From the NCBI GenBank assembly GCA_041743715.1, contig JBGTMH010000080.1, positions 8,529 to 72,528 on the forward strand: 64,000 nt of DNA, read 5' to 3'. The notes beneath the pieces were generated by a model. It did no database searches and was not told where the DNA came from. It saw only the letters and a list, made by a program, of their open reading frames with translations. The translations under genes were made by a program, and so were the position numbers. Within the stretch, counting starts at the first letter, position 1, and every line of letters starts with the position of its first letter. The stretch comes from Patescibacteria group bacterium. Lineage in GTDB: Bacteria; Patescibacteriota; Microgenomatia; Levybacterales; UBA12049. Below are positions 38,216 to 46,180 of the stretch, one piece after another.

Positions 38216-39220
38216 ATGAAAAAGATACAGGACAACCAAATTGCGTTCTATCAATCACTGGATGGATCGGTGAATATTGAAGTGTTGTATGCTGAAGAAA
38301 ATATCTGGCTCACACAAAAGAAAATGGCAGAACTTTTTGACACCACTCCTCAAAACATCACGCAACACTTAAAAAATATATATGCAGCAAATGAAATTGA
38401 GGATTCAACTTGTAAGGATTTCTTACAAGTTCAACAAGAAGGAAGCCGGGAAATTAAAAGAAATACCACAATGTATTCGTTGGAAGCTATAATTGCTGTT
38501 GGGTATCGAGTTAATTCGGAAAGAGGTACTCAGTTTCGTCAATGGGCAACGGGGATATTGAAAAATTACATTCACAAAGGTTATGCACTGGATAGTAATC
38601 GCATGAAATATGGCTCCCGATTTAGCACTCGGTATTTTGATGAGCTTTATGAAGAGATCAAAGACATTCGTACGAGCGAACGGATGATTTATCAGAAGAT
38701 TACAGACATCTATGCAACTGCTATAGATTATTCGCCAATTGCATATGCGAGCAAAAAATTTTTCGCGACAGTACAGAACAAACTTCATTTTGCGATCACT
38801 GGAGAAACGGCAGCCGAAATAATTACCAATCGCGTAAGCAGTAAAAAAGACAAAATGGGACTCACTTCATGGCGCAAATCACCACAAGGTAAAATCATGC
38901 CTAGCGATGTGACAATTGCCAAAAATTATTTGGATAAAAAAGAACTTGCTCATCTTAATCGTATCGGCAATATGTATTTGGACTATGCAGAAATGCAGGC
39001 AGCCAGAGGAAAGGCAATGACGATGAAAGATTGGATAGAAAAACTGAATGCTTTTCTAAAATTCAGCGAATATGAAATTTTAACCAATGCCGGTAAGATC
39101 AGTCATGAAGTCGCAGAATCCCTAGCTTTAGGGGAATATGAAAAATATAAAAAAATACAAGACAAAAACTATATTTCTGATTTTGATCGGGAAGTGAAGA
39201 AGTTGTTGAAGAAAAAATAA
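38216..39220 (+). CDS. RhuM-family protein (Virulence_RhuM)
   Basis: The core EGSREIKRNTTMYSLEAIIAVGYRVNSERGTQFRQWATGILKNYIHKGYALDSNR matches the RhuM family signature. Confidence 0.75.
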   Translation: MKKIQDNQIAFYQSLDGSVNIEVLYAEENIWLTQKKMAELFDTTPQNITQHLKNIYAANEIEDSTCKDFLQVQQEGSREIKRNTTMYSLEAIIAVGYRVNSERGTQFRQWATGILKNYIHKGYALDSNRMKYGSRFSTRYFDELYEEIKDIRTSERMIYQKITDIYATAIDYSPIAYASKKFFATVQNKLHFAITGETAAEIITNRVSSKKDKMGLTSWRKSPQGKIMPSDVTIAKNYLDKKELAHLNRIGNMYLDYAEMQAARGKAMTMKDWIEKLNAFLKFSEYEILTNAGKISHEVAESLALGEYEKYKKIQDKNYISDFDREVKKLLKKK

Positions 39221-39452
39221 CTAAGCAGCTACAGGGGTGAACTTCCAGGGGTTCTTTTTGTCGTTTGTTTCTACTGCTTTAATTGCCTTCCTGCCTTCTT
39301 CTAAAAGTACTTTCCGAAACAGTTGCAATTATGGAACAATTGGATAACGTTGATTAATAAATACTTAAGATTTGGTTTATGAAACTGATTTCAAACTGAT
39401 ATAAGTATACTAGACAATCAGATGCATCTTATGGTATAAAACTTCTGCAATT

Positions 39453-40310
39453 ATGAACCATTACGTTTTTCAAGTTTCAGACCAGTCAAATTATAGCACT
39501 CATCGCACAGCTGCGGAAACATTTGACCAGCTTGTAAGACAACACTCTGTATGGGGTTTTGGTAAAAATACCCCTAACAGAAAAGCAATACAACCAGGTG
39601 ATAAAGTTCTCTTTTATTTAACTGGAGCAGATAATCAAACTTTTGTAGGTTCAGCTACGTTAAAAACTGGTTCTTACGTAGATGCAACTGGAGAATCAAA
39701 AGATTGGTTCTTAGACCCAGAAACGTTAAGAATTGACCTTCAAGATGTAGCAATTTTCCCTCAACCTAAACCTCGACATCAGTTCAAAAGCCTTGAATGG
39801 CAACCCCGACAAGGTGGCTCCAGCACAATTTCCGAAAGGGACTACTTATTGATACTGGGGCTAAAACCGGATACCACAATCAAAGAAGAAATAGCTGAAG
39901 AATCTATGGATATAGTTCTTGAAGAATATCTTGAAAATATGATCATCCAAAATTGGGAAAAAATAAATTTTGGAGAAAAATTAACAATTTTTGAGGATGA
40001 AAACGGTAATTTAGGTAAGCAATATTATACAAAAGAAGTTGGCTATATTGATATATTAGCAAAAGATAGTAAGGGTAATTTTGTTGTAGTCGAACTTAAG
40101 GTTGGAAGGAAAAATGATGAAGTAGTCGGTCAAATCCTCAGATATATGGGATGGGTCCGTAAAAACTTAGCAGGAGGAAAAGAAAATGTACGTGGTTTAA
40201 TTATTGTAGGGGAACAAGACACAAAACTTGATTATGCTTTAAGCGAAATATCAGATAAGGTGGAAGTAAAAAAATATAATGTTTCTCTTACTTTAAATAA
40301 ATATGAATAG
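39453..40310 (+). CDS. EVE/PUA-like domain fused to a PD-(D/E)xK nuclease (DUF91/NucS-like); candidate modification-dependent (type IV) restriction endonuclease
   Basis: N-terminal ~130 aa has an EVE/ASCH-like beta-barrel pattern (YVFQVSDQSNY...VWGFGKNTPNRKAIQPGDKVLFYLTG). The C-terminus has VGYIDILAKDSKGNFVVVELKVGRKNDEVVGQILRYMGWV, i.e. D-x(n)-E-x-K, the restriction-endonuclease-fold catalytic motif. Confidence 0.55.
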   Translation: MNHYVFQVSDQSNYSTHRTAAETFDQLVRQHSVWGFGKNTPNRKAIQPGDKVLFYLTGADNQTFVGSATLKTGSYVDATGESKDWFLDPETLRIDLQDVAIFPQPKPRHQFKSLEWQPRQGGSSTISERDYLLILGLKPDTTIKEEIAEESMDIVLEEYLENMIIQNWEKINFGEKLTIFEDENGNLGKQYYTKEVGYIDILAKDSKGNFVVVELKVGRKNDEVVGQILRYMGWVRKNLAGGKENVRGLIIVGEQDTKLDYALSEISDKVEVKKYNVSLTLNKYE

Positions 40311-40387
40311 TTATTATTGCTATATCGGGAGTGGAATAGGTTTGCATGTTTGGAGAAAAGTGAAGGAGGGTGGTAAGTATCCTTTAT

Positions 40388-40903
40388 TTAGTTCATTCCT
40401 AAAGGTCGTACGCTGATAGTAAAAGGATCTCCTGTTAATTTATATCCGGGGAGAGGACTGTATACGCCGGCATTATGGAGGTGCATTAAATTTCGTTCCT
40501 GATTGTAGGCAAGCCCGTGGCCTCGTGCGGCGGATTGAACTCCCTGTAAGCCTGTATATCTAACTGCGACAAAAGGCTTGAGAGTAACCTTCTTATTTAT
40601 GACCATATCATACATATCCACAACCTGAATATAAGGATTTGATATCTCCACCATTCGCGCAGGAACCGCTAAAAAATGCGTGCTGAAATTATTATCACGA
40701 AAGACTGTTTCAAGTACAGCAAAATTTACAGGACCAAACTCTTTGAGATACTTATGAAGCGCACGAGTGAAAGCATATGAATCACCTTTACGCCTCTGCT
40801 CGTCCGGCCGCCTGAAAAGACCTGCAATAGCAGCTGCTTTTCTTGCATCAATCCCAAATTCACTTTCTAAATTCATAAATGAAATAATACCATCCTCCCC
40901 CAA
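40388..40903 (-). CDS. Hypothetical protein (171 aa; possibly a gene fragment)
   Basis: ORF with a locally higher-GC codon pattern and no recognisable motifs. Its N-terminal region overlaps the upstream extension of the P3 long ORF, which is not used here. Confidence 0.3.
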   Translation of the reverse strand: MGEDGIISFMNLESEFGIDARKAAAIAGLFRRPDEQRRKGDSYAFTRALHKYLKEFGPVNFAVLETVFRDNNFSTHFLAVPARMVEISNPYIQVVDMYDMVINKKVTLKPFVAVRYTGLQGVQSAARGHGLAYNQERNLMHLHNAGVYSPLPGYKLTGDPFTISVRPLGMN

Positions 40904-40985
40904 AGATTACAAAAAAAAATTATTTGATACCAATATTGGGACATTGACAGTGTCGTTTGAATACTCTAATATACGGAGACACGAC

Positions 40986-43211
40986 ATGCAGATAAAAGAA
41001 CTAATTGACCGGAAAGCTTCTTTTTCAAAAAGAGTTATACAAAATAGCTTCTCTTCACTTTTTCTGGGCCTCAGTGTTATAGTAGGGTTTTTTATAATGC
41101 TCTTTGTTTTACCAGTACTTACTTCCCCAGGATACGCACAGACTTTTCCAAACTGGACAAATACAGGTTCGATGGCTGATGCACGTTATAATTTTGGTAC
41201 GGCATTATTACCAAATGGTAAAGTACTGGCAGTAGCAGGTCGTGCTCAAGGTGTTAATAATAATCTTCATTCAGCAGAACTATATGACCCAACAAATGGT
41301 ACATGGAATACAACGGGTTCAATGAATTCGTTCCGTCACGACTTCCCAAAGCCAATCACCCTCTCAAATGGAAAAGTACTTGTAACTGGAGGGAGTAACA
41401 GTACTTCTCTTTCCTCTACTGATTTATATGATTCAAATACAGGGACATGGACATTCACGGGATCTATGAATGATAGTCGTACATTTCCTACTGCTACATT
41501 ACTTCCTGATGGCAAGGTATTAGTAACTGGAGGATATGATGCAGATTTCAGTACCGTTGTCTACCATTCCTCAGCTGAGATATATGATCCTACATCAGGC
41601 ACGTGGACGCCAACAGGATCTATGAGTACTGCTCGTTACCATCACACCGCTACACTTCTTAATAACGGAAAAGTACTTATCTCTGGAGGTAGTGATGCTA
41701 CTGATAGTCTTGCTTCAACAGAACTCTATGATCCTACAACAGGTACTTGGACATCAACAGGAAATTTGAATGAAGCTCGCTCTGAACACACTGCCACCTT
41801 ACTCTCAAACGGCAAAATACTTGTTGCTGCAGGATCAGGACCTGCTCCTCTTGCGTCAACAGAACTCTATGATCCAGTTACCGGTAATTGGACTGCTACA
41901 GGAAATTTGAATGAAGCTCGATCAGTACATACTGCAACATTACTCTCAAGTGATAACGTCCTTATTGCCGGTGGTATAGTAGGTGGTAGCACTACCTCAT
42001 CTGCTGAACTATATGATCCTATTAGCGGCATATGGTCACTGACCGCACCCTTGAATCAAGCACGTGGGTTTCATGAAGCTGAGTTATTACTAAATAATAA
42101 AGTGTTAGCAGTTGGTGGTTTTGGTTTAAATTCTAGTGATGCACTAGCATCAGCAGAGCTTTATACGCTCATTGAACCAACACCTACAGCCACCCCCACA
42201 GCAACGCCGACACCGACGCCTACAGAAACGCCCACCCCAACTCCAACCGAAACCCCTACTCCTACTCCCACAGATACCCCCTCTCCGACACCAACCCCAG
42301 TTCCAACGTATACCATTGACGGCAACGTTTATACAGATAGCAATCAAAACGGTGTCAAAGATTCCGGTGAAACAGATTACCAAGGAGCGACTATAACGCT
42401 TTCTGGAGATGCAAGTGACACAACGACAACAAATAATTCAGGCAACTATACATTTTCATCCCTCAATACCGGCTCATATACAGTGAATCTCAGTGTGCCA
42501 GCAGGATACACTGCAACAACCACCAATCCAGTCTCAGTACCCTTGACTGCTGATACAACAGTTAACTTCGGAATAGCACCTGTGCCAACCAGTACCCCAA
42601 CTCCCATACCTACAAATACGCCAACACCAACTGCGACACCTACCCCTACAGATACACCGACTCCAACCGCAACACCAACACCTACGAGTACACCAACTCC
42701 TACTCCAACACCAAAGATACTCTCATCTTTGAGTCCTGCAAAAGTGTGGATCGGGTTACCTAATTTCTTTAGCGCGGGTGCAAAGTTTGATGTGAAAGTC
42801 GAAGCATTTAAAGATGCAACCCTGGTCAGCTCGGGACAGAAAAATAGTGTTGATCCAGGACTTGGGTTTGGTGGATTTACGAGTGCAAAGCTACAAACAA
42901 TTCCATTCGGTGCCTTCACTCCTGTTAATTTTCCACAAGGATCAAAATTGAGCATCAAAGTGTCTGCAAGAACTGCTTGCACCGGATCACAAAGTCCGAT
43001 CGGCACCGCGAGACTGTGGTACAATGATAGTCAAGCAAATAGCAGCTTTGATGCCACCATCGGGATAACGAACAGCGACTATTACCTCCGTTCCGGCTCA
43101 ATCCTCACCACAACAGTCGGGAGCGGACCAAAACTAACATCTGATGTCCTAGGTGGAGCAGCATGTAGCGCATTCAAACCATTCGGCACATGGGTCACGA
43201 CTCCTTTATAA
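40986..43211 (+). CDS. Secreted Kelch-repeat surface protein P3 with SdrD-B-like module and conserved C-terminal domain
   Basis: Start at ATG 40986 (MQIKELIDRKASFSKRVIQNSFSSLFLGLSVIVGFFIMLFVLPV), colinear with the P1 N-terminus. About 8 Kelch blades (AELYDPTNGTWNTTGSMNSFRHDF...). PT linkers. An SdrD-B/Cna-B-like module (VPTYTIDGNVYTDSNQNGVKDSGETDYQGATITLSGD...). CTD ending GGAACSAFKPFGTWVTTPL. Confidence 0.85.
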   Translation: MQIKELIDRKASFSKRVIQNSFSSLFLGLSVIVGFFIMLFVLPVLTSPGYAQTFPNWTNTGSMADARYNFGTALLPNGKVLAVAGRAQGVNNNLHSAELYDPTNGTWNTTGSMNSFRHDFPKPITLSNGKVLVTGGSNSTSLSSTDLYDSNTGTWTFTGSMNDSRTFPTATLLPDGKVLVTGGYDADFSTVVYHSSAEIYDPTSGTWTPTGSMSTARYHHTATLLNNGKVLISGGSDATDSLASTELYDPTTGTWTSTGNLNEARSEHTATLLSNGKILVAAGSGPAPLASTELYDPVTGNWTATGNLNEARSVHTATLLSSDNVLIAGGIVGGSTTSSAELYDPISGIWSLTAPLNQARGFHEAELLLNNKVLAVGGFGLNSSDALASAELYTLIEPTPTATPTATPTPTPTETPTPTPTETPTPTPTDTPSPTPTPVPTYTIDGNVYTDSNQNGVKDSGETDYQGATITLSGDASDTTTTNNSGNYTFSSLNTGSYTVNLSVPAGYTATTTNPVSVPLTADTTVNFGIAPVPTSTPTPIPTNTPTPTATPTPTDTPTPTATPTPTSTPTPTPTPKILSSLSPAKVWIGLPNFFSAGAKFDVKVEAFKDATLVSSGQKNSVDPGLGFGGFTSAKLQTIPFGAFTPVNFPQGSKLSIKVSARTACTGSQSPIGTARLWYNDSQANSSFDATIGITNSDYYLRSGSILTTTVGSGPKLTSDVLGGAACSAFKPFGTWVTTPL

Positions 43212-43357
43212 AGCTGCAAATCACTGAATGGTTGACTTCCTCGGATTGATATTTTATTAACTACTCTCTCTCAGTCGTTGAACTCTTTCTTTTAAAAAAT
43301 TCTTATTTACCTCTATTTTGTCATATTGCATCATATTCCTATTTATGCAAAAATGGC

Positions 43358-45382
43358 ATGAGAATTGCTCGTAATGTTTCTATACCTTTTATGAAATTAT
43401 TCAAACGCTGTTTTGTTATTCTTACAAGTATTCTATTTCTTACGTGTCTCCCCCTTGTACCTGGTCAGACTTTTGCAGAATTTGAGATCACAGAGTATGC
43501 TATTCCTACGGATGACAGTTTACCCATCGGCATAACTTCCGGACCTGACGGCAATATCTGGTTTGTTGAGCAAAGTGGCAATAAGATTGGAAAAATTACC
43601 ACAAGTGGCGTAATCACCGAGTTCACTGTTCCTACAAGTTCGAGCCAGCCTAATGATATCGTCACTGGGTCTGACGGTAATCTGTGGTTCACGGAATTCA
43701 ACGGAAATAAGATTGGAAAAATTACTCCCGATGGGGTATTCACGGAGTATCCTCTTCCCACCAGTAGCAGTTATCCATTAGGTATAACCTTAGGCCCTGA
43801 CGGTAACCTTTGGTTTACTGAATTCCATGGGAATAAAATAGGAAGAATTACAACAAGTGGCGTAATTACCGAGTTTACTATTCCTACAAATGGCAGTCAG
43901 CCGTACTATATTACCTCTGGCCCTGACGGCAATCTTTGGTTTACAGAACAAAGTGCAAATAAAATCGGACGAATTTCTACGAATGGTACATTTACTGAAT
44001 ATACTATCCCCTCCTTTAATTCCGTGCCAGAAGGCATAACTTCTGGTCCTGATGGTAACCTTTGGTTTACTGAATTTCGTGTTGGGAAAATAGGAAAAAT
44101 CACCCCAAGTGGTGTAATCACCGAGTATGCAACTCCCACGAGTAATAGCCAGCTGATTGACATTACTTCCGGCTCTGATGGTAATCTATGGTTTACTGAA
44201 TACAATTGGGGAAAGATAGGAAAAATCACCCCAAGTGGCATAATCACCGAGTATGACATACTCGCTAGTAGTAGTGCGCCTTTCACTAGTGGGAGTCAGC
44301 CGTTCGGTATTACCTCTGGCCCTGACGGAAATATCTGGTTCACTGATTATGGCGCCGACGGCACAAACAGTATCGGACGTGTTACCCTTCCCAGCGTGAC
44401 CACCACGCCAACTCCTACTGAGACACCTATACCTACCGCCACACCAACTCCTACTGCAACTCCAACCGAAACGCCTCCCACACCCACAGATACCCCGACT
44501 CCAACACCTACTCCAGTACCTACGTATACCATAAACGGCAATGTCTATACCGATAGCAATCAGAATGGTGTGAAAGACACTGGAGAAACAGACTATGAGG
44601 GAGCAACTATAACACTTTCTGGAGATGCTAATGATACAACGACAACAAATAACTCAGGCAACTACTCGTTCTCATCCCTTAACACCGGCTCGTACACAGT
44701 CACTCTCCGTGTTCCAGCAGGACATACAGCAACGACCACCAATCCCATCTCAGTACCATTAACAGCTGATACCACAGTTAATTTCGGTATTGCGCCTGCA
44801 CCGACAAACACCCCAACTCCAACTGCAACGACTACCCCAACAGCTACACCCACTCCTACCAGCGCCCCGACACCTACTCCAGAGCCAAATAAAATCACCT
44901 CTTTGAGTTCTGCAAAAGTATGGGTGGGACTCTCGAGTGTTATTGGTGCGGGGGCTAAATTTGATTTGAAGGCAGAGGCGTATAAAGATGCGACACTTAT
45001 CAGTTCCGGACAAATCAATAATGTTTATCCTGGACTGGGATTAGGATTTTTGACAGCAAAACAACATACCATTCCCTTTAACACATTTACACCCGTTGAT
45101 TTCCCCGAGGGATCAAAATTAAGCATCAAAGTCTCTGCACGAACAGCTTGTACTGGCTCTCTGAATCCTCTAGGATCAGCAAGACTCTGGTACAACGACA
45201 GTCAAGCCAACAGCCAATTTAGGGCAACCATAGGCGCGGACACACACAACTATCATCTACTGAATAACTATGTCCTCTCAACAACAGTCGGCACTGGACC
45301 AAAACAAACCGCTGATGTCCTAGGTGGAGCAGCATGCAGCGCATTCAAACCATTCGGCACATGGGTCACCACTCCTTTATAA
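43358..45382 (+). CDS. Secreted beta-propeller surface protein P4 (Vgb-lyase-like repeats) with SdrD-B-like module and conserved C-terminal domain
   Basis: Signal peptide. About 8 repeats of ~47 aa (ITSGPDGN(I/L)WFTExxGNKIGKITxSGVITE(F/Y)x(I/V)PT), a streptogramin-lyase-type six-bladed-propeller pattern. PT linkers, an SdrD-B-like module ~90% identical to that of P3, then the CTD. Confidence 0.85.
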   Translation: MRIARNVSIPFMKLFKRCFVILTSILFLTCLPLVPGQTFAEFEITEYAIPTDDSLPIGITSGPDGNIWFVEQSGNKIGKITTSGVITEFTVPTSSSQPNDIVTGSDGNLWFTEFNGNKIGKITPDGVFTEYPLPTSSSYPLGITLGPDGNLWFTEFHGNKIGRITTSGVITEFTIPTNGSQPYYITSGPDGNLWFTEQSANKIGRISTNGTFTEYTIPSFNSVPEGITSGPDGNLWFTEFRVGKIGKITPSGVITEYATPTSNSQLIDITSGSDGNLWFTEYNWGKIGKITPSGIITEYDILASSSAPFTSGSQPFGITSGPDGNIWFTDYGADGTNSIGRVTLPSVTTTPTPTETPIPTATPTPTATPTETPPTPTDTPTPTPTPVPTYTINGNVYTDSNQNGVKDTGETDYEGATITLSGDANDTTTTNNSGNYSFSSLNTGSYTVTLRVPAGHTATTTNPISVPLTADTTVNFGIAPAPTNTPTPTATTTPTATPTPTSAPTPTPEPNKITSLSSAKVWVGLSSVIGAGAKFDLKAEAYKDATLISSGQINNVYPGLGLGFLTAKQHTIPFNTFTPVDFPEGSKLSIKVSARTACTGSLNPLGSARLWYNDSQANSQFRATIGADTHNYHLLNNYVLSTTVGTGPKQTADVLGGAACSAFKPFGTWVTTPL

Positions 45383-45402
45383 AGCTGTCTTTACACACTT
45401 TT

Positions 45403-46128
45403 TTATTTTCCAATCAATTCTCGCACGTCCCTTATACACCTCTCTAGATCATCTCGTATCTCAAAATTCCAAAACCTCATCACACACCAGCCATTCTCGA
45501 TCAGCCAAATATTCCTCGTAATATCATGCGGCCACAGGAGTTCTTCGTGGTAACGGATGCACCAGGAGATATTATTGGCACACCATTTGTAGACTATCTT
45601 ATTGTCTATTCGTTTGAAATCGACATATGATCTTTCATGATCCATCCAATCAATATCTATCTCACACTTCTCGCCTTTTTTCTCAATCTGTCGCTGCATA
45701 CTATCCATCGCATCAGCCCGCATGTGTTCATACCCATCTATTTCGATATTATATTTTTGCTCAGGCGTAACAACTGCGATATCCAAATGATAGACTTTTC
45801 TTTTCCGCGGATGTTCTATCGCCAAATCAAGCTGTGAATTTTCTTGGGTAATAATCTTTCTTTTCAGAAGCTCAGTATAAAATTTAACCTCCAAACCTTT
45901 TGCCGCTTCAAAGGAGTTGCCTTTTAACCGCCACGTCTGACAGCCATTCTCATCCTTATCCCGAATTACCAAGGAACGAAGTTCGCCATATAACAAACTA
46001 TTTATCTTTTCCCGATCTTTTGGATCTTTAGGATCAAGTGATAACTGCTCCAGCAGCTGACGTATGGTCACAGGACCTTTTTCTTTAAATACCTTAACTA
46101 CTTTATCGACCAACGGAATACCAAACAT
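45403..46128 (-). CDS. DUF559/Vsr-like endonuclease-fold protein with N-terminal winged-helix region
   Basis: C-terminal pattern HLDIAVVTPEQKYNIEIDGYEHMR...D..R..WLIENGWCVMRFWNFEI fits DUF559 (restriction-endonuclease-like; ...IEvDG..H...GW.VlRFwn.ev). There is a long insertion between the motifs. Confidence 0.5.
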   Translation of the reverse strand: MFGIPLVDKVVKVFKEKGPVTIRQLLEQLSLDPKDPKDREKINSLLYGELRSLVIRDKDENGCQTWRLKGNSFEAAKGLEVKFYTELLKRKIITQENSQLDLAIEHPRKRKVYHLDIAVVTPEQKYNIEIDGYEHMRADAMDSMQRQIEKKGEKCEIDIDWMDHERSYVDFKRIDNKIVYKWCANNISWCIRYHEELLWPHDITRNIWLIENGWCVMRFWNFEIRDDLERCIRDVRELIGK

Positions 46129-46180
46129 ACCAGTATTCTACCATTATCTGTAAACTAAGAAGAAAGAGGGTATGGAGTGA

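Noticed and set aside
40767-40985. Long N-terminal extension of the P3 ORF (track start at 40767)
   Set aside because: The extension overlaps the opposite-strand ORF 40388..40903 and has no counterpart in paralog P1. The ATG at 40986 gives an N-terminus colinear with P1 (MQ(I/L)K(E/Q)L...LGLSV(I/V)V).
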